Shown one piece after another: positions 40,136 through 52,623 of a stretch of 64,000 nt of DNA. Below the pieces are notes generated by a model, which saw nothing but the letters and a program-made list of their open reading frames with translations, made no database searches and was not told the DNA's origin. Origin of the DNA: Chrysomallon squamiferum (taxonomy: Eukaryota > Animalia > Mollusca); contig CM022673.1 in NCBI GenBank assembly GCA_012295275.1, positions 27,900,001 to 27,964,000 of the forward strand, written 5' to 3'. Within the stretch, counting starts at the first letter, position 1, and every line of letters starts with the position of its first letter. A program made the position numbers and the translations under genes.

Positions 40136-42699
40136 CAAATTTTTGATTAACCTGTGTAAGGTGTATATTTAATATTTCTATATTAGCCTGGTTTCTTACG
40201 CAGACCAATTCATCTGACAGCGTCTGTTCGTCTGACAAGGTTACGCAGTGCCGTAATTTATTTCCGTCTCTGTTTTATTTTAATGCATGCATTATGTATT
40301 ACGATATCGAACATTATCGTGCATACATAACTCTTGGTCAGGATGCATGATCTTGATCAAGTCCATCGCCCTCTGCCAGACAGAAATATATTGCTATCGA
40401 GGTGTATTAGATTGTAGTGTAGGGTCCCCAGAGACAAAGATACCAACTTCATCGGTCAGTGTACAATTTGTAATGAAACAGTTTCAAGATCGTTGGAACA
40501 TTCTTTCATACTGCTTTATTTATTTATTTATTTATTTATTTATATTGAGCTGATGATAGAAAAAGTTCACAGAAAACAGCTGTATGAAATAAGCGATTTT
40601 TTTTTTTTTTTTAGCTTTCAGTTTTGTATGTGATAAAATATTTATAATTTTGAAAAGCAGTCTCTTTGAATTGGTGGTCATTAGTTTAATTAGTTTCAAT
40701 CATTTCTTTAAAGAAAATGAATGTAAACAAACATTTCAAGTATTTACAAATATATAAATCGTCCGATATATATACATATCTATATCTATATCTATATATC
40801 TATCTATATATATATATACACACACACACACATATTTATGATTATCATTAAAAACCAAGTAAAAGAGAAGTTTACAAAATTTCTTATTTAAATTCTATTT
40901 TATTCTATCCGATTCTTAATACTGAACAATTTTCCTTTTATTTATTGTTATTATTAGTCATTATATATCAAGGTAATTCGTCATATTTAAATATTTTCTA
41001 ATAAATCGCTTACTTAGAAATTGTAATGGTTGCCATGTGTTCATTGATACAAACAGTATAGTTGACGTAATCTTAAAGCGGACTGATTATTAAATACTGA
41101 CAGGAACTTGTAGGTATGTATGTATTATGCAACAGGATTTAGGTAAAGCCTACAATAATAGTCACTGCAACTGAAACTATAATTTAATAACAACAGTCTT
41201 TTGTTAAAACTGGCAGACACTTCATGAATAAATTTTGCTTTTTACATACATTTGAGATACTTGTATCAAATCTTTCTGCTTTGCCTGTATTTCAATAATG
41301 AACAAGCTAAAAGACAATATTAATTAGACTGCTAACTTACCAACATCAACAGTCGAGTTTGAATTTTAAAACATATGAATATAACATTGGTAAATAACAA
41401 CATTAAGTATCAAAACGTCATAATTATTCGATTTTCTTTTAATTTTTTATTTTTATTTTTTTAATCAATATTAAAATGTAAAAAAGACACAATTTTTAGT
41501 CTGAAAATGTATGAAATTGCTAGCGGAGCCAAGAAATAAATTTGAATTATTAATGGGCTGTACTTTGCTTCGCAAAACTAATGTCAGATTAAGTAAATCT
41601 TAATATAATTACTTGTTTTACGTATGGGCACATTTTCTTGTTCTTATCGTTAAAAACATATGCAGCAAAACAAGTGCCGAACTTACTCATTTTAAATTTT
41701 AGTTATAAAAATATTTGTATTTAAAGCAGGACGTTTCGAAATAATTACTTCCATAAAATAAATGTCAACTTTTAATACTGCTTACCAATATACAATATGA
41801 ATATTATTTTATTTAAAAATAGAACTGCCGGTAATAAATGGTAGTACAGTTAAAAGTAGTAGTTTTTCTAACGAACATACTTATTTTTACTTCCATAAAT
41901 GTTAATTTTAATGGACTTTTGTCAACCGATTTTGATAAACCAATAATCGTAGTTTCTGGTATAGGAACACTACATAACTGATCCACAAATTCACAAATAA
42001 ACGAGATAAGGACATTATCCGCCCAGTAAAATTCAATGTAGGACAAAAGCACACCATATACATAAAAAAAAAAATTAAAAAAAAAAAATTAAAATAAAAA
42101 TGTAAAAAATGACAATTATTTAATTTTCCCTGATAGTTATTTATCAAAATCACGTAATTCGTTTAGTTAGTTATTCAAGTAAACTAGGTGCAAGTCATCC
42201 ACATAATTAGCACACGAAATGATTCTGTCATAGTCACACTAGCCAATGACGTCCGATTTCGTTATTATTTTTGGAAATCAAATTCAATTTTTAAAACATC
42301 AAAACTCACAAGACGTTCTAAGGTTCGTTATCCGATTTCGTGTCACCTGACCGTGTATCAATAAAAATTCTCTCTTCAAACTGTATCCTTCATCTTAATT
42401 ACAATTATTATCAGTTGTTTTGTAGTAATTAATTATGTCGATCAAATAAACTGATAATAATCATGCCATTATTATTCTGATTTTGATAGCTATGTAGCAC
42501 GTATGTTTTACAGGGCAGTTCCAGTTTTTTTCTTCAATATTTCATTATGCAAAACTTCCAACTTACAAAAAGAGTGAAAATTCTCATCGACTCTTACTCT
42601 ACTTCATGATTTTGATGTGAAGACGCATCAACATAATTTCTTTGCTACGAAAGCACGTGTCGTTAAATACACATCACGTAACAAACAATTCAAACAATC

Positions 42700-42828
42700 A
42701 TTTACAGTTCAGTGTTTATTCAGGTTAGTTTATGGATACAGAACAGATAATGTACTTTGGTTATGAATCTTCAGTCCAGTGTATCTAAATGATCTTCTTG
42801 CAACATCTTCAATGAAAAAGGTCAACTC
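42700..42828 (-). other. Putative distal non-coding terminal exon of tra2
   Basis: Acceptor gttctgtttcag| at 42829-42830, AATAAA at 42715-42720 on the minus strand, followed by a GT-rich tract. Confidence 0.45.
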
Positions 42829-44750
42829 CTGAAACAGAACTTTCCTGTACTATATTGTCTGTTAAACACAGGCAACAAAAAGGGGCTTCAAAGACATGGA
42901 TAACAATGCATTGATAAATAAAATCCTACATATGTCAGTGATTATCCCCGTCTTAGTTACCAGAAACAAGAATATCACGCCTAACAAGACTGTAATATTA
43001 ACATTTACTTAAATCTGTAATTTCAAAAAAAGAAAAAAGAAAATGAACGTAATATTGAACGCGTTTTCCACACTGTAAAATCAATAATGGATTTTTCAGT
43101 ACAAATTATGAAACACCTTGTACTATGCTGCAAATTGATGAAATTTTTCCTTTATTCTCCGCCGATTTCTTAATGCGCGAATGAATACACTTGTCTTGTG
43201 CTATTAACTACTATTCTGAAGTTAATCTGTTTTTCCCACAATGCCGTTCTCGATATAAAAAAATCTAGCTATTTGTAAATTTTGTAGACTTCAGGTCAAA
43301 CTAAATGTTAAAAAGTTCTCCACTTCTTAAATATAACACTTTTTTATTATTTTATTTATTTATTTTAAATTTGTATCTTCTAAAAAATTAACAAGGCAAT
43401 GAAGCTATTGATAAATTTAACTAAGATTTTATAAAAATAACCAAGCATGTGATAAATTTTCAATTTTTATTTGGAAAAAAAAAAAAAAGATATTGAATAA
43501 AAATGATAATCATCTGTATAAATATTTATTCCCCAAATCCTTTGCAAAAACAGTTATTTGAATGATATCAGAAAAACCTGCCTCAATGATTTTTATGCTC
43601 ACGTTTAGACATTAACTGTTTACCTGTAAGTCACACGTTTTTCTACAACTCAAAATACCACTTCATAAACCCCCACTTACCTTCACTTTCACATAAATGA
43701 GTAAACTGTATCTCAAATGAACTGGAATATGAATTGAAATATCCATCCCTGTTACAACACTGAATGAAAATATTAAATTTTATGCAGTCATATACTTACT
43801 TTTTTAAAATGTAAGCACTGGTCGTCTGTCCTAAAATTTCCAATACTTACCCTATTAGTCATACTCACCAATCAGTATTAAAATTTATGTTATGAAAAAT
43901 GTTCTCAAAGATTATTTTTAGGAATAGTGTTGTTTTTTTTTTTCTTAAATTATAACCCAGTGACTTTAGTCTTCAGTGCCATGTTCAACCAAACATAAAA
44001 ATAAGAAATATTTTCCATTATTAAACGATTATTTAACATGTTCAACTCATTAGCAAGCCCTACCTTGTCAGTTCTCTTCTAAAATAATAATCAGTAAAAG
44101 ATGTACAGAATTTATCAAACAGTGCCTTACTCTTTTATTTCTTTTATGTTATAAGGGATTGTTATTTTTGTCGAGGTAAATTAATATCAGTGAATTATAA
44201 TTTACTTTTATTCGTAGACTTGTCTACTTGTATAAATTAAAGCAACGTGGATTATCCATTTTGTTTTCAATATGCATAACACAGAACCTGTCTGGTTTTT
44301 CATTTTAATTTGGCAATATCTGATTTTCATCTTAGCCTGTTTGTTGCAATTCTAAACTCCCCTGTATCTACAGAAAACGTTTTTTCACAACATACCACTG
44401 ACATACTGAACTTTTTCACCAGTCCAGTATAATGTCTAGTTTATCACCTATGTAGTTCTTATTTCTGCCATCTCTATCATTAAGGTTTATTTTTATTTTA
44501 TTTTATTTTTTTAACCATTTTATTTCAATAAAATTTCCTTTATTTTACATGAATTCCTATCAATGCATTTCATTTTTTAAACATGTTCTTTATTATTTTA
44601 ATTCATATCCTGCTCTCTGCTTTTAATTTCTTCATTATTCCTTAATGGGGAATAGTCACTACACACCTATATGATTTTTTTTTATAGAAAGCTAACATGA
44701 AATGATGTGTGTCCCTAAAAACACAATTGGTTGAACATGACACTACTTAC

Positions 44751-45124
44751 CAGCCACCAAGTGTTGGATTTTGTTTTTGTTTCTGATAATATATTCTTCT
44801 TCCATCTTCAATTCTAATTACTTCAATTTCCACAAAGCTTCCTCCCTTTCAAATTCCCAAATCTTCATTTTTCATTTATTCTTCCGTCTTGCCTAACTTC
44901 AATATTCAACACCCTTTCTTCTATTTTCAAGCTTTTCTGACATCTTTTCCAAACTTCAAAATTCATTTTTCCCCTTTCTTTTCCCATTCAATTTTCTTAA
45001 AAGTGCTCTAATCTTCAAGATTCATTCTTCAAATACTTCATGTTTCTTTCTTCAATACCTTTAGTAATACAAGAATAACCAAGTTACTACAAGTCCATAT
45101 CGCAAACAAGAAACAAATTTCACC
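44751..45124 (-). other. GAA-rich alternative 3' exon of tra2 (stop at its 5' end; putative NMD cassette)
   Basis: Acceptor atatttacag|GGTGA; donor CTG|gtaagt at 44750; second donor AAG|gtattg at 45058; about 36 GAA triplets counted by hand in 44791-45056. Confidence 0.6.
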
Positions 45125-46294
45125 CTGTAAATATGTTTAGTATGCTAAAGTGAACTCATTTTAATATTAACATGGAAGGTATTCAAAGAAAAGAAGAGAA
45201 AAACCCCAAAATGTCTGATGATTGTTGGAGCAATTACATATAATGTCTGCAAAAACCATCTTGGCAATACATACATTTGAACAAAACAAAAATCAATTTA
45301 TTAGATAATAAAAGTAATAAATGGAAAAAAAAAAAAAAAAAAAAAATATTTTTATTTTTGTTTGGTTATCTGCTACATTTAAACAGTTTTACCACAACTA
45401 TGAAAATGAAAAAAAAAATGATGATATTTTATACAGGTACAATAAAATGGGCGTATTTTGTTTCAAAAATTGAAAATGAAAAATAGCAAATGGACATTAG
45501 AATCCTCTCTGCTAAAACTTTCATTAACAATTTCAGCTTTTCAGTCTACCACCACTGAGAATGCACGAGGCAAATGATTAAATACAAAAAATTTGTTCTA
45601 ACACTACCAAATTAACTCTTGGCATATGACATGATGATGATGATGATGATGTCAATGAATGAAAATAATGTTCATACGAATGATTTGCATTTTCAATAGG
45701 ATTCTTATTATTAATAAATAACAAGGAACTAGATTCATGTTATTATTTAAAAGAACAACTATTCCAGCTGTTCCTGTGTTTATGTAAAGTTTGTTAATAT
45801 GTTTTTGGTTTTCATTTGAAAATTGTTAAAAAGACATTGCTTGAAATACCGTCTTTTGTCAATGGTTACTGTAAAAATAAAACCTATAAAAAGCAAACGA
45901 AAATGAACCTGAATTAATCGTAAAACCATACAACTGGTCTGTATACTAATCAGGAAAAATAAAATTAAAAATAAAAATAGGAAAAAAGTAATAAAATAAT
46001 GTAAAACATAAATGAATATTTTGTTTTTCAAATAGGTTTTCATGATCAGTGTAACTAAATTCTACTTTCAACAGTCTGAAGACAAAAACAATTAATATTC
46101 TTTCTTTTTCTTTACTGAACAGAAAGTTTCAGAGCTGTCTGTATGTTTCTAGTTCCAAATTAGTATTACTGTACATCCTTCATGAATTTATTACAAGCAT
46201 GAACATGAACTGATGATAATGAAGCCTACACAACAAGTAAAACTAAAATAACATCGAAACACTGTCTTTCATCATGGATGCCGATTATCTCCTC

Positions 46295-49200
46295 CTAATA
46301 GCGACCTGGGAAGAAGAAAAATAAATAATTCATGTGGTACAGTGCACAAAGTGACAATCAACACAACTAGTGTTTTAAGGAACACTTAAAAAATATTCAA
46401 ACAATGAAACCAAACTAGTATTCGTTAACAATTTAAAATGGTGAGTCCACTAACAATCTGGAATCATTATAAAAGCAGAATCCTGCATTCTACTGACAAT
46501 TTAAAATTTGAAAGAGCGTCAATTAATGGTAAATATATGTACAACCCGAACCCAGTCGGTTTCTTTTTTTGAAATTAAAAAAATGCGTATAATAATAGTG
46601 TTAACTGCATCTCAAGATTGTTATTTAAAATGGATTTAGCTATTAAGTATTTTGTTCATTAAAAAAAAAAAAAAAAAAAAAAAATAAAAATTAAAAACTA
46701 CCTGAAACTTAAAACTACCTAAGAACAAAAAAGTAGTGGTTTTTTTTGTATGCTTTAGGGCAGTTATAATAAATAAAATAAAACAATCGTTGGGCTCAGC
46801 AGGTAAAGACTTTTCCTACTGACAAGATGGAAAAGGACCACGAGGTTATTCTTGGATTAGTCGCGGCTTCCCCTGAGCTTTATGTGGGTCTTCTGAAGTA
46901 ATGATAAAACGGTAAGATAGTTCTTGTTTTTACATACGTGGGCTGTATGACCTGGACCGAGAGCGTGTTCGGGATCTCCTGCGATAGTACGGAGATGGGG
47001 ATCGTCGTCGGTAACTGTAGTGAGGTGGCGACGGGACGGTAAGAACGCTTTGACCTGAAAGAAAAAAGTCTAAGCATGTAAAATCTCAACAAGATCATCA
47101 TCATCAGTGTTTAAAATGAAAAAAAAAAATTTCATTATTAAAGTCAAAAAAAAAACAAAAAAAAATGTTTAAATTATTATTATTTTCTTTTTAATTAAAG
47201 ATTTTTCATTATAAATATTCTTCCTAAGTTTCAAGGGTAGCCTCTGAGATTAGTCTCAAAGTCTGATTACACATTTTTTTTTGTTTTTTTTTATTGTTAA
47301 ACTGAATATTTAGTTTCTACACTATAAAATAATCCTGTTTTCACTATTCGGTGTTACTTACGAAGTTGGTTTTCCCAGGTAAATGCCAGGAGTTGGGGTG
47401 TGTGCTCTTTCAGTGATTGAATAATCCACTCGAATTCTTCTGCCGTCTATCTCCAAACCATTACATCTGTCTTTGGCCTGCAAAAGTAAGCAGATTTTAG
47501 AAAATAATAATAATGTAAAATAATTTTTATGAAGTATTAGCTGAACATTAGAAAGTATAATGCAGAAAATATTGTTTAACACACATAAAAGAATTGAAGG
47601 AGAAATAAATACAAACAAAGATCAAAATGGAATGATACTTAATATAATTCAATTGTGATAAAACGTAACTAAATAAGTAAATTTTAGTGTTAAAGAACAG
47701 AAAGGGATAAAAAAAACATGTTTACCTCTATAGCATCATCAACATTCCTGAAGTAAACAAATGCAAAACCACGAGAACGACCACTCTGAAAAACAAAGAT
47801 TACAACATTAAAGACATTAACAAAAAAGTCGGCAAGAAAATTACTACATGTAATATAAAATATATGTTTCCTTTTCTCTTACCATCATTTTGAAAAGGCA
47901 CTTCTGAACTCAGATAATAAATGAATTTCATATTCAATTTGTTGTTGGACTGAAGAAATATCCTCCAGTGACAAAAAAATTATTACATTTTTTTTTTTTG
48001 TAATAACATCAAAATTTGTACCTGTCTGTCATATACAATATTACACTCATCAATGGACCCATATCTGGAAAACACATCTCTCAGTTCTCTGTCCTGAGTA
48101 TGAAGACTCAAACCAAAAACTCCCAAACATCGTGTTGGCTCTGGGTCATCCTGTAAATAAATGAAAAAAATCAAAAACATGTTTAACTATCATGTTTTCT
48201 AATTTTATCTTTACATTTGCTAAAATTCATTTAGAAAAACAATATATATATATATATATTATAAACTAAAAAATGTTTATGCAGTTATTCTCCGATTAAT
48301 AAAATTAATTAAGCAAATTTTAACAATTACTATTATGAAGAAAATATTCACTGTTAAAAAATACTGTTTATCTTACTCATAATCTATCTATATATATATA
48401 TATATCGCCTAAATGCTAAATACTAAAAACTTCAGGCAATTTCTTCAGTGTAAAAAGAGATTAGTACTTGCCCTGTTTCCAATATGACGTCTTCTGCTAG
48501 ACATGGGAGATCGACTGTGACTGCGTCTATGGCTGCGATAACTGAAACAGAAAATACCAAATAACTTGACATAGTCAAGAAATAAAACTAGAGCAACATG
48601 AATACATTGTCTTACAAACAATCCAACAAAGTCTACTGATGGACTTCAATAATTAATGTCAGTATTCTGATCACACTGGGACACCAATGTCAACCTCAAC
48701 AACTGTTCACGTATCTTTATTCATTAGCTTCAGAGTCAATTGGTACTGTTTAACAAGCCACAACCTTCATCTATAATCAGTACTGTGTACTTTCAAATCT
48801 CCAGTACAGGAAATCTGAATAGATACCCATTGTGTAAACAACCATATCACCCCAACTGTCCCATAACTGACAAAGTTTGATGGGTGAAGTGCCTGGGGAT
48901 GGACTGTTTAGGGGAGACCTATTATAAAACAATATTTGCAACTGTTCCCTATTTAATAACACTCTTAACAGCTATAATCTTACCTGTTGCTGGATTTATC
49001 ACCACTGTGGAAGATAAAAAGATATGTAAGAATACGTATGTGTATGTAGCTAAATAAGACACAAATACAAACATCTGCCACAGGCTCCACCAAGTAAAGA
49101 TGAGCCTGTAAGCATTTCCCTTCCCCAAAACATTATTAATCAGACTACATTGGCTAGTAAATAGCACACCAATATTGAAATGGAGACATAAATAAAATAT

Positions 49201-50851
49201 ATGCAGATTAAAAAATCACATTTAAAACATTCTGCATCAACATTCTGCATTACAACTTAGTAAAATACAAAGGTGAATAAAAACAATGATGTTTCAAATA
49301 AGCACAAATAACTTAAGATCAGTTATACAAAATATGAGAAGACAACTTTCCCTTATGGATTAATATGACCTCTGTGTTAGTCTGATTCAAATGAGGTTTT
49401 AATCAGCAGAATTCCGCAACAGGAAAGTATTTGTTCTATCAAGTAACAGATGGCAAGGCCAGTTATTAACTACTAACTACTACTATGTACCAGGTTTAAA
49501 AAATTAAAACAGTAACATTAAAATGCAAACCCATGTATTAAATAATCCATATTTTTAAAGTAATTTTAAATATGAATTGAAAAACAATATTAAAAAAACA
49601 AATAAATATCTTAACTGCATTCATATATTAAATATAAGATACACTTACCGTCTTCGCCTGTATGGACTTCGGGATCTTGATCGGGAATACCTATGTCGAC
49701 TTCTACTTCGGGATCTGCAACAAGGAGGAAAGAGTTTCAAATACAAAATCCTTAAACCCTGCACAGGTCACAAACGTAACTTTGTATACTTGTTAGTATG
49801 TCCCTGCGATGACATATGAATATTTAATTTACAATAATACTTATGTAATTTCATGGCCTTTTCAATTTATCAAAGATACTGATCAACTTGATTTATTTTA
49901 TTTTTTGCTCTCACCTGGAATAGTAGCTCCTTTTATGACGTCTGTAACTTCTTGGTGAAACAGACCTCGATCTTGTGTGAGACCGTGTTCTGGATCGACG
50001 AGGCGGTGAAAGGGATACAGAATTGGATCTTTCAGATTTATTATCGGCAGTCGCATCTGACCCCTGAAGAGATCCATCCTAAAATAAAATAAATTAATAA
50101 TTAAAAAATTGAAACAAGTAGGTATATGCAAATAATTGCCATGTTTCACTAATCAGTTGATCCACTTGCTTGAGGACTTACACCATTTGCTCGCTTTTCA
50201 TCGACTTATGTTATATTATTTGTGGAGGATTCCAGCATAAAAACACAGGTGGGAAATGAATAAACGGTCTTGATTTGATTTTGAACATTTTGATTCAGTT
50301 GTTTTTATCTATTCTTATTTTTTTTAAATTACGAATTTACAAAATGCTTAAATCACTTAAATAGATGGACATATACCGTTTTTCATCTTACTGTCTTAAT
50401 GAAGAGAATAATTGTTACTTTGATCATTTGAAACATGGTCAGTTAGAGGTTAGACCACTGAAGTGTAATGGCATACCAACATTCCTGCTTAATGACTTGT
50501 GTTGACTTATTCTTCTTAAATTACTTACATCTTACATAAGAATCATCAAAAAAGATATGCCGTAGTTAAATATCAAACAAAATTGATCTTTTATAGTACA
50601 AAATACATATAAATTCAATTCTAACACCATACGCTTAATTTACCTTAAATTCTAGAATTTTCTTTCGCTTAACATGTTAGCAGTTACAAAGGACTGGAAA
50701 CAATGAACATTGAAAGGTCACATGTAAAAAAAAAAAAATAGGGATATTTGAGCATAAAAACATTATGTTTGTTCCTATATGAAGTAAATTACAAAAGAAG
50801 TTTTACTTATTCATTTTTTTGTAATGTTCATATTACCTCTCTGTCACTCAT
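46295..50851 (-). CDS. tra2: Transformer-2 homolog (RS-RRM-RS splicing regulator), ~248 aa (~255 aa with microexon)
   Basis: Exons 50851-50837 (MSDRE), 50078-49915, 49714-49649, [49004-48984 microexon], 48541-48472, 48150-48022, 47785-47726, 47477-47362, 47054-46938, 46305-46295. Motifs: [16 protein letters not shown]2 LGVFGL, RNP1 [42 protein letters not shown] and C-terminal SYSPRRY*, all characteristic of TRA2A/B. Exon 47054-46938 is 1 nt too long for frame (see findings); lengths assume that is corrected. Confidence 0.96.
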
Positions 50852-50902
50852 TTTGAAGGTTATGACTATCGTCGCGACTATTAACAAAGCACAACACGCT
50901 AT

Positions 50903-50976
50903 TAAAATGGCGGATAAAATACACTGGTTTCCCTATTTCGCTATAAGGAGATACCCAATTTCGCGCCTTATAAATC
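50903..50976 (-). promoter_or_regulatory. tra2 promoter / 5'UTR elements
   Basis: YY1-type CCGCCATTTT (minus strand, 50903-50912) about 50 nt upstream of the ATG; TATA-like TTTATAA ~50968-50974. Confidence 0.45.
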
Positions 50977-52584
50977 AGAGAGCAGGAACATGATTTTCAA
51001 TTGAGGCGGCAGTGATGTAAAAATACTAGCGTTTTTCAAAGTCGAAGACTAGAAGCAATTGATAACAATAATAATAAAACCGTTTTCGGTAGATATACAA
51101 AGTAGATATAAAAAACAAACAAACAAAAAACAGTCTTCGGTTTAGAAGTAAATAGAATATTTTAAATAATTTGATAGAATCAGATGTTTTGGGAATGTAT
51201 TATTTCCAAAATTAGTTATTCATGGATATTTTTAAAACGTTCTTCTGTCAATATTTGTTTCATTGAAACCACCCTCACTTATTTTAATTTTATTTTTGTT
51301 ATGTTCGGAATAAAATCAAATTCGCACTGATTTCAAAGTTATTAAAATTAATTTCAGAAGTGATGGTCTGGACGAAGATTTGATATGTTTATGTATTTGT
51401 GTGCTTTTAATATCATGATAAATGTAGGGAAATAACTGCTTCCCTCCAACCCCGAACAACAAAAATCAAAAAGCACTGTACAGAACCTTTCTATATTATT
51501 TAAAATAAATTTCCATTGTGTTATACTATAATTATTTGAATATTAATATTGAGATTAACTGGTGTATACAATGTGCATGAATTTTGAAAATAGCAATTTT
51601 TATCCACAATCCCCTAAATGAAAGCTACATACATGATACAGCTGTACCTATCTTGTAGGGACCGAGCAGAATGTCCGTACATCGTAGTGTCCTCTCATTA
51701 CAGGGACAAAAATTACAAAGAGTTTTTTTTTAAATATACTTATAATCTTTATTTACATGCCCTATACCAGTATCCACAAACAACGGGCATTGCCATAGCA
51801 AGCATCACGACTTTCTCCTAAGACACAGCTGCAAACATGATGGATCTAAATAAAATATATTTTGCACGTCATAAAACTCATAAAAAGCATAATGAGTGCG
51901 TGTGCGTGTGTGTGTTTTACAAAATATTGCGTTTTAAACTCATAGATCTAAATAAAATGCTATGTAGGCCTACTTTTACAGAAAACAAAAAATGTTCAGC
52001 TAGTTTACTAACGTATTTCGTTATAAAGAATATTTTTGCTTGTACAGCTGACACAACAATAGCGTGACTGCCTCTATCCACACTTGAAACATTATATAGA
52101 TAAATTTTGTAACTATAATAATTATTTTAAAATAATGACATTTAAATAATGTTTATCTGAAAATAGTATTAAAAAAAATGCAAACTAATTGTGTTCGTAA
52201 AAATTATGTGCATAATTGGTTCTGTGCCGCCATAATTTTATTGCGGTGTTGGAAATGAGCAGAACCAGTCTAAAATATTGAGACACAATAACACTAATAT
52301 CTATCCGCAAAGAAATAGTTCATTTTGAAAATAAATGCAGTGCATTATGTTAATTTTATTGGATAAGTTTTTTGAATATAATTCTAAAATAAATAAACAA
52401 ATAAATAAATAAACAAAACGGTAAATAAATAAAAGTAATTGAATTTAAATGAAATTTATTTAGTAAAATAATACACGATCATAAGTAAATCGCAACGCAT
52501 GTAAGAAAATCACCGATATAACAAAAGCACACTATTCTGCATTTATTTCCCTTATAACCGAAACATGTTAGTAAACCAGAGGAT

Positions 52585-52623
<39 letters not shown>

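Noticed and set aside
46880-47104. 74-aa ORF overlapping the tra2 RS2 exon
   Set aside because: It is the shifted frame of that exon extended into flanking introns, not a separate gene.
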